Assembly (NCBI GenBank): GCA_038056005.1
Contig: JBBUGS010000050.1
Coordinates: 1 to 36,089 of the forward strand
Direction of reading: 5' to 3'
Source: Patescibacteria group bacterium
GTDB lineage: Bacteria > Patescibacteriota > Patescibacteriia > UBA9934 > CAMTUG01
DNA: 36,089 bases
Below the pieces are notes generated by a model that was not told the origin of the DNA, did not search any database, and was given only the letters and a program-made list of their open reading frames with translations. Made by a program: the position numbers and the translations under genes. The stretch's first letter is position 1. Each line of letters begins with the position of its first letter. This document shows positions 16,451-26,237 of the stretch, piece by piece.

Positions 16451-18062
16451 AAGCAACCGTTTGATCTTTAGAAATACTTTCTGAGGGCTCAAAGCGTTTA
16501 AATAGTCTCCGCTCCATGGAGGCTATAAAGGCGATCATTTCTGGACTCTTCAAGGCCCAGGCGATCATGCCGTAAACAATGAGGCCCGCTCCGCCGGCCA
16601 CCAAACCTTGGGCAAGAATTCCAAGGAAGGTTTCCAGATGGAAGATACTGGCTGCGACTGGCTTCAAGAGCTGCGTCACAATTCCTCCAGCCATCGCGGC
16701 GATAGAAATAATGAATAGTGATTTGAGAATCTCCCCTTCTTTTAAGGAACCCACACGAAGGCGCAGGGCCATCCAAAGGACGGAGACGTTGACAAGCGCC
16801 GAGAGTGAGAACGAGAGGCCAAGTCCAACCACACCGAATTCCTTGGCAAACAACAGAGCGGCAATCACGTTGAAGAAGGTTGTGAGCAAACCGACAACGA
16901 ATGGGGTGGCTGTATCGCGCCAGGCGTAGAAGCCGCGAGCGAGAAGGAACACTAGACTTTGCGCGAAAAGACTTAAGGTGAAGAATGCCAGCGTGTCAGC
17001 AGTGGTAATGGTTTCTTCCCACCCAAACTTCCCTGCCCCAACGACCACGCGGACGATCTGAGCGCGCAAAAGCAAGAACAGGACTGACGCAGGGATCACA
17101 AAAAATAAAATTTGCCGAGCCGTAGTTGAGAACGTATCGACGAAGCCGTCGACGTCTTTGCGTGCAGCTGCTTCTGATAGTGACGGGAACGCGGCGACGG
17201 CAAACGATACCGCCACGATGCCGATCACAAAAAACTGAATGTTGTAGGCGAACTGATACATGGTGACGCTGCCAGCGACGAGGGTGGTGGCGATCATGAT
17301 CATGGCCACGTTGTTCAACTGGTTGACGGCGACCCCCATGGTGCGCGGGACCATTAACTTGCCCATTTCACGGGTGTCAGCATCGTTTAACTTCCAGCGC
17401 CAGGAGTAACGGTAGCCGGCAGAGCTAATGGCGATGAGTTGAGAAAGCATGTGGAGTCCTGCGCCGAGGACTACACCCCAGGCAAGTCCAGCCGGCCCCA
17501 TCGCTGGGACCAACACTGTGGCCCCAATGATGATGCCAAGGTTGTAGAGAACAGGCGCAAGAGAGTAGACAAGGAAGCGCTTCATTCCTTGCAATGCTGA
17601 TCCAAACACGGCAGACAAGGCGAGAAGGAAATCAGACACAAACATGATCCGCGTGAAGGTGATCACCAAATCCAGCTTCGATTGAGAAAACTTTGGGGCG
17701 ATCAGTTCGGCAATCTGCGGAGTAAGGATGAACAAAACGACCGAAATGATGGCGATGCTTACCGCCGCGATGTTCAAAACGTTGTTGGTGAAATCCCAGG
17801 CTGACTTTTTATTGCCTTGGTAGTGCTTAATGAACAGCGGGATGAAACTTGCGGAGAGGGCACCGACCACCAGCAAGCTAAATAAGAAGTCAGGTACCAG
17901 GAACGCCGCGTAGTAGGCATCGAGCGTATCGCCTGCTCCAAAGCGCCCGGCCAAAATACGATCGCGAATGAAGCCAGCGATGCGCGACAAAAAGGCAAAA
18001 GCCGCAACAATCGTTGCAGCGCTTGCGATGTTTTTGGTTTCTTGATTCAAGAAGCGGATCAT
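16449..18062 (-). CDS. murJ: lipid II flippase MurJ (MviN)
   Basis: AATIVAAFAFLSRIAGFIRDRILAGRFGAGDTLDAYYAAFLVPDFLF is the hallmark MurJ N-terminus. 537 aa and polytopic. Confidence 0.93.
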   Translation of the reverse strand: MIRFLNQETKNIASAATIVAAFAFLSRIAGFIRDRILAGRFGAGDTLDAYYAAFLVPDFLFSLLVVGALSASFIPLFIKHYQGNKKSAWDFTNNVLNIAAVSIAIISVVLFILTPQIAELIAPKFSQSKLDLVITFTRIMFVSDFLLALSAVFGSALQGMKRFLVYSLAPVLYNLGIIIGATVLVPAMGPAGLAWGVVLGAGLHMLSQLIAISSAGYRYSWRWKLNDADTREMGKLMVPRTMGVAVNQLNNVAMIMIATTLVAGSVTMYQFAYNIQFFVIGIVAVSFAVAAFPSLSEAAARKDVDGFVDTFSTTARQILFFVIPASVLFLLLRAQIVRVVVGAGKFGWEETITTADTLAFFTLSLFAQSLVFLLARGFYAWRDTATPFVVGLLTTFFNVIAALLFAKEFGVVGLGLSFSLSALVNVSVLWMALRLRVGSLKEGEILKSLFIISIAAMAGGIVTQLLKPVAASIFHLETFLGILAQGLVAGGAGLIVYGMIAWALKSPEMIAFIASMERRLFKRFEPSESISKDQTVA

Positions 18063-19213
18063 ACCGATTCCTGGCGGCGCTTCATGCTTTTTGCAAGGAC
18101 AAGGAGCGAGATCACAAACAGCACGGCCAGGAATCCGATCAAGAATTTCACGTACGGATTTTCAACGTTGAAGAACGAGATCGATACCGTGGCTGAGTCG
18201 GAGGATTTCTGACCAACGCTGTCGGTGACGGTGAGAGTCACTTGGTAATCGCCAAAGGTGCGGTAGGCATGGTCAAGTTCGGGGCGGTTCGAGGTTACCC
18301 CGTCACCGAAGTCCCATTCGTAGCGATAGCCCTCGCCAACAAAGCCTTTGACGCCGAAGTGATAGGTGTTCCAGCTCTTTTGCTCAAAGGTGAAAATGGC
18401 TTTGGGTGAGATTTGTAAATCAGAAAGGGCTGCGCCATTGCTTGATGGCTCTGCTTCGGCCGCGCTGGTCGTCGTAGCAGTTGATGCGGCAGGCTCAGCG
18501 CTTTGTGTAGTCGTAGGCAAAGAGACTGGTGTGTCTGCTGCCGGGACGGGTTCAGCAACTGTAGCTGGCGGGGGCGGCGCGACACTCAGTGATGGGTCTG
18601 TCGGCGCATAATCACTGGCATCCCCCACACCATCGCCGTCCGTGTCGGTTACGAGAGGATTTAGTCCTGATTGCTCTTCGGTTGAATCGGAAAGGCCGTC
18701 ATTGTCGTCATCACTATCGCAGGCATCGCCCTGGCCATCATCATCGGTATCGGCTTGATTAGTATTGGAATCAGAGACGCAATTATCTGATTCATCAGCA
18801 ACACCGTCGCGATCAGCATCTTTAATCGGGGTAAACAGATTAGAAAGGGCCACGTTATTGCTTGTATCTTGATCGACGGGTTCGGTTCCAAGAATTTCGG
18901 CACGAATATTAAAGCTCGACTCGGGGACAACAAAATCAACGTAGACTTCTTCATCTACTCCGCCAGCACGCACCGAAATTACCTGACTATTCCCGATCGC
19001 TACCATTCCTTGCACAAACGAAACATAACCAGAAACGTCGACATCTCCATAGTTATGAATACGAGCATACAAACGAATGGTATCCCCGGCGACTAGGGTT
19101 TCGGTAGAAAAGGAAATCTCGCTGCCATTTTTAAACCCGAGATCCGCATTTGCGGCAGAAGTGGTAAACGGTACGAGCAGGAACACGGCAAAGGACAAAA
19201 GAGCGATGCGCAT
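18059..19213 (-). CDS. secreted, C-terminally anchored surface protein: CARDB-like domain, thrombospondin type-3-like Ca-binding repeats, Pro/Ala/Thr linker and PKD domain
   Basis: Signal peptide MRIALLSFAVFLLVPFTTSAANA. Repeats DADRDGVADESDNC and DTDDDGQGDACDSDDDNDGLSD. PKD motif YEWDFGDGVTS...YQVTLTVTDSVG. C-terminal TM segment FLIGFLAVLFVISLLVLA. Confidence 0.8.
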   Translation of the reverse strand: MRIALLSFAVFLLVPFTTSAANADLGFKNGSEISFSTETLVAGDTIRLYARIHNYGDVDVSGYVSFVQGMVAIGNSQVISVRAGGVDEEVYVDFVVPESSFNIRAEILGTEPVDQDTSNNVALSNLFTPIKDADRDGVADESDNCVSDSNTNQADTDDDGQGDACDSDDDNDGLSDSTEEQSGLNPLVTDTDGDGVGDASDYAPTDPSLSVAPPPPATVAEPVPAADTPVSLPTTTQSAEPAASTATTTSAAEAEPSSNGAALSDLQISPKAIFTFEQKSWNTYHFGVKGFVGEGYRYEWDFGDGVTSNRPELDHAYRTFGDYQVTLTVTDSVGQKSSDSATVSISFFNVENPYVKFLIGFLAVLFVISLLVLAKSMKRRQESV

Positions 19214-19215
19214 AA

Positions 19216-19923
19216 TTACTTTTTCTTACGATGGCCAAAGGTGTAATGAAAAATATCAGAACGAATGGGGCCGAGGGCGATCATGTGAGCTTCTGCCAAA
19301 GCGTATTTTACTGCGCTTTCAAACCGCCCATCGCGTTCGAAGCGACGAATCGAGACACTGATTGCTACTGAACGCAGAATGCCGAAGGTGCCGATACGCA
19401 TGCCGCGGTTCACGTAGTCCGTGTCTTCGCAGAAGACCACGGTCTCATCAAACCCGTTCAGCTCTTCATGTTTTGTGCGCCGAGCCAAGATGCAGTAACC
19501 GGGCGCGTGGGGGCGGAGTTTGGAGAGAACGCGGTTATACTTATTATAGAAGTTATGAAGAATTTTGTCGCTAAGCTTTTTCGATTGCGGCAAGGAATCA
19601 CAGGTAGCGAAGTCTAAGTTGCGCTTTTCAAATTCATCTTCGGCCAATTTCAGAAAGTTCAGATCACTGAGCTCGACGTCGGCATCGAGAAACAAAAGGA
19701 GATTTCCTGTGGCCACTTTAGCCCCGAGGTTGCGTCCGACGCCAGGCATTCCACCATCAATCACTTTGCACCCAAAGGCTTGGGCAATTTCCCTGGTGCG
19801 GTCGGTCGAATGCGCGTCGGCGACGATCACTTCATGCGGCGCGATACTTTGCCGTTTGATCGACGTCAATAAAATGGGCAAATACTCCTCCTCGTTTTTG
19901 GTTGGAATGACGATTGAGAGCAT
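19216..19923 (-). CDS. glycosyltransferase family 2
   Basis: MLSIVIPTKNEEEYLPILLTSI...VIVADAHSTDRT and LFLDADV (DxD motif). Confidence 0.88.
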   Translation of the reverse strand: MLSIVIPTKNEEEYLPILLTSIKRQSIAPHEVIVADAHSTDRTREIAQAFGCKVIDGGMPGVGRNLGAKVATGNLLLFLDADVELSDLNFLKLAEDEFEKRNLDFATCDSLPQSKKLSDKILHNFYNKYNRVLSKLRPHAPGYCILARRTKHEELNGFDETVVFCEDTDYVNRGMRIGTFGILRSVAISVSIRRFERDGRFESAVKYALAEAHMIALGPIRSDIFHYTFGHRKKK

Positions 19924-19957
19924 AATTCCTGCCTTATGATATCATGCGGGGAAGACT

Positions 19958-21292
19958 ATGTCGAAGCTTTATCGACCGGAAGAAGGGACGGTTTCCGCGC
20001 TGAATGGCGCAGGTGATGGGGTGGTTGAACGCGAAGGAAAGCGACCGGTTTTTGTACCCGACACCTTGCCAGGCGAGCGGATTCAATTTGTTCCTCGGCG
20101 GCGAGTCAAAGCAGCGCTTGAAGCTGATCTTCTTGAGCTGCTCGAGGCTTCGCCAGATCGCGTGAAGCCAATTTGTCCTTATGCTTCTGTTTGTGGCGGC
20201 TGCTCCTGGCAACATGTTGATGGTGCACTTCAGGTGAAGACTAAAGAATTGCTCGTGAACGAAGCGTTTGCTGGCGCCGGGCTTGATCTCACTGTCTCAG
20301 AGTTCATCCCCTGCCCCGAACCATTTTATTATCGCAACCGGATGGACTACGCGTTCGGACGCGATGGTGAGCTGGGGCTTAAAATGTCTGGACGATGGTG
20401 GGAGACACTTGATTTAGAAACGTGTTTTTTACTGTCGAAAGAGGCGCCGGAGATTCTCCGTCGTGTGCGCGAATGGAGCCAGGCAACGGAACTTCCTTTT
20501 TGGGATACGCGCGACCACCAAGGTTTTTTTCGTTACTTAGTCATTCGTGAAGGTAAAAATACTGGCGAGAGGCTGATCATGCTGGTCACTTCGGACCAAG
20601 TCTCTCCCGATGTACTTAAGGAACACAAGAAGTCGCTCGTTGTGCTACTCGACGACCTTGCGACTTCGATTCTTTGGAGCGTCAACGACAAAGTTACCGA
20701 CCTCTCCACCCCAAGCTCGATGGAGGTACTTAAAGGCACCCCCTTCCTGCACGAGTCTGTGAACGAGATCACCTACCGCATTCAGCCCGCCAGCTTTTTT
20801 CAAACGAACACCATCATGGCTGCCAAGCTCCAAGATGTCGTGTTGAATGCTTGCGAAGGAAACAAAGGGCTTGTCATGGACTTATACTGCGGCGCGGGAT
20901 TCTTCTCCCTTCAGCTCGCCAAGCGTGGCGTTGATGTGCTCGGGGTTGAGCTTGATGCCGCAGCGATCGAAGGGGCCAAGGAGAATGCTCGACTGAATAC
21001 CATTAATAATGCCGAGTTCATTGCTTCAAAAGCTGAAGAGTTTGATTGGCTAGATCGTATGCCCGAAATAGTGATTGTCGATCCCCCACGCGCAGGACTT
21101 CATCCCGATGTGATCGCAGCCTTGACCAAAGCCCTTCCGACGCGTATCATCTACGTCTCGTGCAAGTATCAACGCTTAATCGAGGAGCTCCCACACTTTT
21201 TGAAGCACTATTCTGTTAAAAAAGTTTCGGCGCTGGATCTGTTTCCTCAAACTCCGCATGTCGAAGTCGTGGTCGAAATGACCAAATTATGA
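19958..21292 (+). CDS. RumA/TrmA-family SAM-dependent RNA (uracil-5) methyltransferase with TRAM domain and Fe-S Cys cluster
   Basis: CPYASVCGGCSWQH, FFQTN, DLYCGAGFFSL (SAM-binding motif), VIVDPPRAGL and YVSC (catalytic Cys). Confidence 0.88.
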   Translation: MSKLYRPEEGTVSALNGAGDGVVEREGKRPVFVPDTLPGERIQFVPRRRVKAALEADLLELLEASPDRVKPICPYASVCGGCSWQHVDGALQVKTKELLVNEAFAGAGLDLTVSEFIPCPEPFYYRNRMDYAFGRDGELGLKMSGRWWETLDLETCFLLSKEAPEILRRVREWSQATELPFWDTRDHQGFFRYLVIREGKNTGERLIMLVTSDQVSPDVLKEHKKSLVVLLDDLATSILWSVNDKVTDLSTPSSMEVLKGTPFLHESVNEITYRIQPASFFQTNTIMAAKLQDVVLNACEGNKGLVMDLYCGAGFFSLQLAKRGVDVLGVELDAAAIEGAKENARLNTINNAEFIASKAEEFDWLDRMPEIVIVDPPRAGLHPDVIAALTKALPTRIIYVSCKYQRLIEELPHFLKHYSVKKVSALDLFPQTPHVEVVVEMTKL

Positions 21293-22134
21293 AATCTGGA
21301 TTCGTTGCCCTTATTGGCCGCTCAAACGTTGGGAAGTCTACGCTTCTCAATGCTTTAGTTGGTTCAAAAGTGGCTATCACCACTCCAAAAGCGCAAACGA
21401 CACGCCAGCCGGTTCAAGGAATTATTACTGATGACCGTGGTCAAATTGTGTTTGTGGATACACCGGGCGTGATGCAAAAGGCGCGTGATCCACTCACTAA
21501 GCGTCTGAGCCAATTTGTGAAGGAGTCGCTTCGTGGAGTAAACGTGGTGCTCTACGTTGTTGATCCGACTCGTTCGATCGGTAATGAAGAACACGAAGCC
21601 ATGGCCCTTGTGGAGCATTTAAATATTCCGAAATATCTGATCATTAACAAAATTGACGAAGAAATTAAACCGTTTATCGATTCCTACCGCGATTTTGAAA
21701 AACGTTTTACAGGCATGCTCGAAATCTCCGCCTTGCGAGGTCACAACTTGAAAGCGCTCAAAGATTTGTTGTTTGAAATCATGCCTGAAGGCGAGCCGTA
21801 CTATCCTGAATATCAACTTTCGAACATGCCACACGAACTGTGGCTGGCCGAACTTATCCGCGAAAAGTTATTCTTGCGACTGCGCGAAGAAGTTCCCTAC
21901 GCCGTCCACGTTGAAGTCGACGCGGTTGAGGAACGACCGAACGACATGACCTTCATCTCCGCACGGATTCTCACCAATCAACCTCGCTACAAGCGAATGA
22001 TTATTGGCGACAAAGGCCATGGAGTGAAGGAAATTGGTCAATCGGTGCGCAAAGAACTCGAAGGGGTGATGGGCCGAAAAGTGTATCTTGAACTTACGGT
22101 TGAAGAAGATCCGAACTGGGTTGGTCGACTTTAG
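21289..22134 (+). CDS. era: GTPase Era
   Basis: G1 GRSNVGKST, G3 DTPG, G4 NKID, and a C-terminal KH domain (RILTNQPRYKRMIIGDKGHGVKEIG). Confidence 0.95.
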   Translation: MKSGFVALIGRSNVGKSTLLNALVGSKVAITTPKAQTTRQPVQGIITDDRGQIVFVDTPGVMQKARDPLTKRLSQFVKESLRGVNVVLYVVDPTRSIGNEEHEAMALVEHLNIPKYLIINKIDEEIKPFIDSYRDFEKRFTGMLEISALRGHNLKALKDLLFEIMPEGEPYYPEYQLSNMPHELWLAELIREKLFLRLREEVPYAVHVEVDAVEERPNDMTFISARILTNQPRYKRMIIGDKGHGVKEIGQSVRKELEGVMGRKVYLELTVEEDPNWVGRL

Positions 22135-22741
22135 CTTGAAACCAGGCGTAAAAATTTTCGGCAGCACTACCGGCTGGAGTGAATGTGGTGTCCGTGACTT
22201 CGTACGGCGGGACAGTAGAAATGTCGATCGGATTCATGATGACTTGCCCAGACTCATCGGCGATATTCACCCCAACGGGTCCTGAAAGTGGAATCACGGA
22301 AACCCGTTGTTGAAAATCGTAGTGGACTAATGAGAACGTCCCGCCAAAGGTGATTGTTTGGATAGGTCCGGCACTCACCACCAGTGGACGGTCTTTTTGT
22401 GTTCCAGATGAAACAGCAACACGGCCCTTTTGCACCACAATCTCAATTTCCCCCGAAAGCGTTTTGAATTCAACAGTCGTGTCTTCGTACAAAGCGACAA
22501 GTGCATCATCAATCTGGAAGAGCATGCGCGCGTCTTTCCCTGTTGTTACCACCGAGCCTCTCCGCGCTGCTCCATCTGGCGTCGCTACTACATCACCCTG
22601 TTCTTCGAGGGTGGTGATAGCAAAGGTGGGCATGTATCCGTTGCCACCAGCCCAAGTAAATCCAAAATGAGCGCCGAGGACCAAGGTGATCACCAAGACC
22701 GCGAACAGACCGACGCCAAGATGTTTGAGTGTGAAGCGCAT
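22094..22741 (-). CDS. membrane-anchored FecR-domain-like hypothetical protein
   Basis: N-terminal TM segment GVGLFAVLVITLVLGA. VVTTGKDARMLFQIDDALVALYEDTTVEFK resembles the FecR beta-rich domain. The 3' end overlaps the era 3' end by 41 nt (convergent). Confidence 0.6.
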   Translation of the reverse strand: MRFTLKHLGVGLFAVLVITLVLGAHFGFTWAGGNGYMPTFAITTLEEQGDVVATPDGAARRGSVVTTGKDARMLFQIDDALVALYEDTTVEFKTLSGEIEIVVQKGRVAVSSGTQKDRPLVVSAGPIQTITFGGTFSLVHYDFQQRVSVIPLSGPVGVNIADESGQVIMNPIDISTVPPYEVTDTTFTPAGSAAENFYAWFQAKVDQPSSDLLQP

Positions 22742-22753
22742 ATCTGCTAAAAT
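22725..22753 (+). promoter_or_regulatory. putative promoter of the thioredoxin-like gene
   Basis: TTGAGT (22725-22730), a 17-nt spacer, then TAAAAT (22748-22753) preceded by TGc (extended -10). Confidence 0.4.
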
Positions 22754-22779
22754 CCTATCAAGAAAATTTACATTGATCT

Positions 22780-23055
22780 ATGGCATTGCTCGAGTTCTAC
22801 GGCACGGAGTGTCCACACTGCATGCGGATGGCACCGCTGGTTGAGAAGTTAAAAGGCGAAGGGGTGAAGATTGAACAGTTTGAAGTCTGGCATGACGAGA
22901 AAAATGCGGCTCAGATGGAAAAGTATGATCGCGGCTACTGCGGCGGTGTGCCGTTTTTTATCAATACTACATCGAAACGTTTTATTTGCGGTGGAGTAGA
23001 TGAAAAAGAGCTGCGGGCGTGGGCAGAAGGCACTGGCGGTGAGCCAACAACCTAA
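22780..23055 (+). CDS. thioredoxin-fold / glutaredoxin-like small protein
   Basis: 91 aa with a CPHC redox motif near the N-terminus (FYGTECPHCMRMAP) and GGVPFF later in the sequence. Confidence 0.8.
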   Translation: MALLEFYGTECPHCMRMAPLVEKLKGEGVKIEQFEVWHDEKNAAQMEKYDRGYCGGVPFFINTTSKRFICGGVDEKELRAWAEGTGGEPTT

Positions 23056-24404
23056 AGATCAAATGCTTGATGGTATTCAGGAATAATGATCTCTGACGTG
23101 ATCTGCTTTTTTAGGTGTTCGGCAAAAATCTGCTTGTCCTCTTGATCGCCGTGCACGAGGAATACTTTTTGAGGATCTTTCCCATCCGTTGGTTTTAACC
23201 AGCGGGTGAGTTTGTTTTGATCGCCGTGAGCAGAGAAAGCGCCAATGCCGACCATTTTGGCGTTGACTTCGATACGTCGACCAAAGATAGTTACCTCCTT
23301 TGCTCCCTCATAAAGCGTCCTCCCGAGAGTACCGTGAGCAAGGTAGCCGATGATCAGCAGGGTGGTGTTGGGATCGGGCAGATATTGAATCAAGTGGTGC
23401 AAAATGCGCCCGCCAGTCATCATTCCGCTTCCCGCGATAATTACTTTTGGCTTCTTAGCACGGGCGATTGCTTTAGATTCCTCGGCATTTAACGTCTCGC
23501 GTAAATTTGGAAAAGAGAAAAAGTCGCGATCAGCTTCGGCGAGAATCGGCGTATCAAAGTGCAAATAATTTTTGAAATGGCGATACAGCTCGGTAGCGCG
23601 AATGGCGAGTGGGCTATCGAGATAAATAGGTACGCGCTGACTCTCTGGCAAGGTCGGTAGCAAGTTGTTGAGAGCGTAAAGCAGCTCTTGCGTGCGTTCG
23701 ATCGAAAAGGCTGGAATGAGCAATACACCACCTGCTTCAATAGATTGTTTGATGACCACCTTCAACTTTGACTCGCGTTCAGACGTTGGCTCATGAATCC
23801 GCGCGCCATAGGTTGATTCACAAATCACCACGTCAGCATGCGAAATCGGTTCTGTTTCTGACATGATCGGGACATTATCATTGCCAATGTCGCCGGAAAA
23901 CACTAGGCGCTTCCCTTCCACTTCAATCGAGACGTACGCTGACCCCAGCACGTGACCGGCGTCGTGGAACATAAGCGACAGATCGCCAACCATGAAGGCG
24001 TTGTGATAGTTGATCGGCTTGGATTGCTCAAACACACGGGCCAAATCTTCGGCAGTGTAGAGCGTTTCGTCACCACAGCGCTCAGCATTGTCGGTCATGA
24101 CATGAGCAGCATCTTCCAAAACAATGCGAGTAAGCGCTGCAGCCGGCTCAGTGAAATAAATCGGGCCAGTAAAGCCCAGTTGCACCAGTCGTGGCAAACG
24201 ACCGACGTGATCCAAATGTGGGTGAGTCACAACAACAGCGGTGATCGTTGCGGGGTCAAAACCAAATTCATCAAAATTCTTGCGCCCACACATACGTTCG
24301 CCTTGAAACATGCCGCAATCGATGAGTAGCTTGGTCGAACCGCTCTCTAGCAACATGCACGAGCCAGTAACTTCTCGTGCCGCACCGTGAAAGGACAAAC
24401 GCAT
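23052..24404 (-). CDS. MBL-fold beta-CASP family ribonuclease-like hydrolase
   Basis: MRLSFHGAAREVTGSC...LIDCGMFQG...VVVTHPHLDHVGRLP and C-terminal SAHGD...VHGD motifs. I chose the start at the MRLSF ATG (24404), 2 nt after the upstream stop. The ORF track's start is 24434. Confidence 0.88.
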   Translation of the reverse strand: MRLSFHGAAREVTGSCMLLESGSTKLLIDCGMFQGERMCGRKNFDEFGFDPATITAVVVTHPHLDHVGRLPRLVQLGFTGPIYFTEPAAALTRIVLEDAAHVMTDNAERCGDETLYTAEDLARVFEQSKPINYHNAFMVGDLSLMFHDAGHVLGSAYVSIEVEGKRLVFSGDIGNDNVPIMSETEPISHADVVICESTYGARIHEPTSERESKLKVVIKQSIEAGGVLLIPAFSIERTQELLYALNNLLPTLPESQRVPIYLDSPLAIRATELYRHFKNYLHFDTPILAEADRDFFSFPNLRETLNAEESKAIARAKKPKVIIAGSGMMTGGRILHHLIQYLPDPNTTLLIIGYLAHGTLGRTLYEGAKEVTIFGRRIEVNAKMVGIGAFSAHGDQNKLTRWLKPTDGKDPQKVFLVHGDQEDKQIFAEHLKKQITSEIIIPEYHQAFDL

Positions 24405-24406
24405 AG

Positions 24407-24922
24407 TTAGTTTTTGGTGAAACGGAAGACCCACAGCCGCGGGTCATCAGAAATAAGCTGGGTCCGTTTGGGATTGAGTCCCCATCCCGCATCAGTATAC
24501 GTGCCCGCGATAGCCAGTGTCGAGCTAGTGGCCTCGAGCTCATCTTCAAGGACGACCTCCAGTTCGCTCCCAGTTGGCGCTAATCGATACAGACTTGAAA
24601 GTGTTGCTTTAACTAGATCTGGATGTGTTCCTTTAGTAAAACGGGGCGCAGACAAAATAATGCAGCGCTCTTCATGCGCTTCTGCTTCACGCACAGCAAA
24701 TGAAAACGAGCCCGTGGGCCTGCCAAACGAACTCATCTTGAGTCCGAGCAGCGTCCAGGGATGTCGCTCGCCAATTTTTCTTGGGTTCAGTTCTAAATCT
24801 GCCGTCGACAAATCCTTAAGCGACACCCACGCGTCGCAGAACGCGTGCGCTTTGGTATCTGATTGCTGGCCGGCGAGCCAGTTATCAATCGCCATTTTCC
24901 AAGGATTAATCGGTTGCGGCAT
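24407..24922 (-). CDS. hypothetical protein, last gene of the riboflavin operon
   Basis: 171 aa, co-directional with and 3 nt after ribH. A same-size mirror ORF exists on the plus strand. The minus strand is preferred from operon context. No family is recognised. A segment IILSAPRFTKGTHPDLVKATLSSLYRLA loosely resembles a degenerate GNAT motif A, which is speculative. Confidence 0.55.
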   Translation of the reverse strand: MPQPINPWKMAIDNWLAGQQSDTKAHAFCDAWVSLKDLSTADLELNPRKIGERHPWTLLGLKMSSFGRPTGSFSFAVREAEAHEERCIILSAPRFTKGTHPDLVKATLSSLYRLAPTGSELEVVLEDELEATSSTLAIAGTYTDAGWGLNPKRTQLISDDPRLWVFRFTKN

Positions 24923-24925
24923 AAG

Positions 24926-25324
24926 CTAAAGCATTTTTGCGACGGCATGAGCCGCTTTTCTTCCAAACGGAAGAAGGCGCGATGGAATCTGATCGGGCAG
25001 AACCTCAGGGCCAATGATCCCAATCCCAATTGGCTTCATGGTGTCGAGTTGAAGTTGAATGATTGCGCTAAACACCGCATGTCCCATGGCCAGTCCGTTC
25101 TTTGTTTCTCCGCGCTCGATAATTCCGAGCACAATAGCCCCATCAATCTCCGGACGACGCAAGAGACGTTTAAGCGCCAGTGGTTTTTCAAACGATCCCG
25201 GCACCCAGACAACTTCAACCACATCCAACCCCTCTTTGCGAGCAATTTTCTGTGCCTCAGTGAGCATTTGTTCCGTCTGTTCTCGATGAAATTCTCCTAC
25301 TACGATTGCGATGGTTTTGCCCAT
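24926..25324 (-). CDS. ribH: 6,7-dimethyl-8-ribityllumazine synthase
   Basis: IAIVVGEFHREQTEQML...VVWVPGSFEKPLALKRL...GAIVLGIIERGETKNG fits the lumazine synthase pattern. It is adjacent to ribE. Confidence 0.85.
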   Translation of the reverse strand: MGKTIAIVVGEFHREQTEQMLTEAQKIARKEGLDVVEVVWVPGSFEKPLALKRLLRRPEIDGAIVLGIIERGETKNGLAMGHAVFSAIIQLQLDTMKPIGIGIIGPEVLPDQIPSRLLPFGRKAAHAVAKML

Positions 25325-25893
25325 AGATATTTGATCATCATGTCGGCTTCAAAATTAACGCGATCTCCGACGCCCCGATCTTTCCACACGGTGCGTTCGA
25401 TTGTTTCTGGGGTGAGTGAAACAGCAAACACTTCATCTTGAACGTCCGCAATGGTCAGACTGACTCCGTCGAGCGCGATCGATCCTTGCGGCACAATGTA
25501 ACGCATCAATTCTTGCGGGGCTCGCAGCAAAACAATCAGCGCGTTGCCCTTCTCTTCCATTTCTACAATCTCAGCCACGCCGTCGACGTGCCCGTAGACA
25601 AAATGCCCACCGAGCTCATCGCCAAGCCGCATTGATGGTTCCACATTCACGATCTGCCCCACTTTCCATGAACCAGCAGTGGTGAGCTCAAGTGTCTGTG
25701 GCATGACATCGCTCCAAAAACCATTCAGATTGCAATCAAGAGCGGTTAAACAAACGCCATCAACATTCACCGAGCTGCCGTCGACAACCTGATGCATGAT
25801 CGTAGGTACGTCAAAATGGATCCGCTTGCCACCGCCAGCGGCATCGAGGACTTCGCCAACCGTTCCGTGATGATGAATAATTCCTGAGTACAT
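25300..25893 (-). CDS. ribE: riboflavin synthase alpha chain
   Basis: MYSGIIHHHGTV...GSSVNVDGVCLT...NVEPSMRLGDELGGHFVYGHVDG...GSIALDGVSLTI shows the two lumazine-binding repeats. Confidence 0.92.
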   Translation of the reverse strand: MYSGIIHHHGTVGEVLDAAGGGKRIHFDVPTIMHQVVDGSSVNVDGVCLTALDCNLNGFWSDVMPQTLELTTAGSWKVGQIVNVEPSMRLGDELGGHFVYGHVDGVAEIVEMEEKGNALIVLLRAPQELMRYIVPQGSIALDGVSLTIADVQDEVFAVSLTPETIERTVWKDRGVGDRVNFEADMMIKYLWAKPSQS

Positions 25894-25937
25894 ACTTATT
25901 TGAGTATCTTCCGCGCCTTCTCGAGGACAGAAAGAAT

Positions 25938-26228
25938 TTAGGCCTTCATTTGCCTCTCGCTTTCAAACGGTACAAAGTCGCTCACGCGGTCACCTACTTC
26001 AACCTGTAACTCTTGTTCGTAGAGATCACCGCTCCAGTCAAGAACATGCACTTCGAATGTTTGATTCCAGGAAATGATGCAAGGCGCGGCCGCTTGCTCG
26101 GCGTTCTGTACTGACCCGACGTAGATGCCTGGTTGAAGACCCTCTGGCTGAACAGCTAAATTAGCCGTGGGAACGCCGTAAAGCTTGCCTTTTCCCTCAC
26201 CGTGAATGACCTTTCCTGTGATGCGCAT
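25938..26228 (-). CDS. monofunctional riboflavin kinase (RibF C-terminal-domain type), short
   Basis: ITGKVIHGEGKGKLYGVPTANL...GIYVG...EVHVLDWSGDLYEQELQVEV matches the riboflavin kinase signature. No FAD-synthetase domain is attached. Confidence 0.78.
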   Translation of the reverse strand: MRITGKVIHGEGKGKLYGVPTANLAVQPEGLQPGIYVGSVQNAEQAAAPCIISWNQTFEVHVLDWSGDLYEQELQVEVGDRVSDFVPFESERQMKA

Positions 26229-26237
26229 AGTAGGGTT

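Noticed and set aside
22094-22134. 41-nt convergent overlap between the 3' ends of era and the FecR-like gene
   Set aside because: Both ORFs look intact and there is no frameshift signature. It is probably just compaction. I cannot support antisense regulation from the sequence alone.
24414-24929. 171-aa plus-strand ORF mirroring the 24407..24922 minus-strand ORF
   Set aside because: It is Ser-rich and low-complexity (SSSSSRTTSSS). It would be convergent with and embedded in a tightly packed minus-strand operon. The minus ORF has proper junctions with ribH and the nuclease gene.
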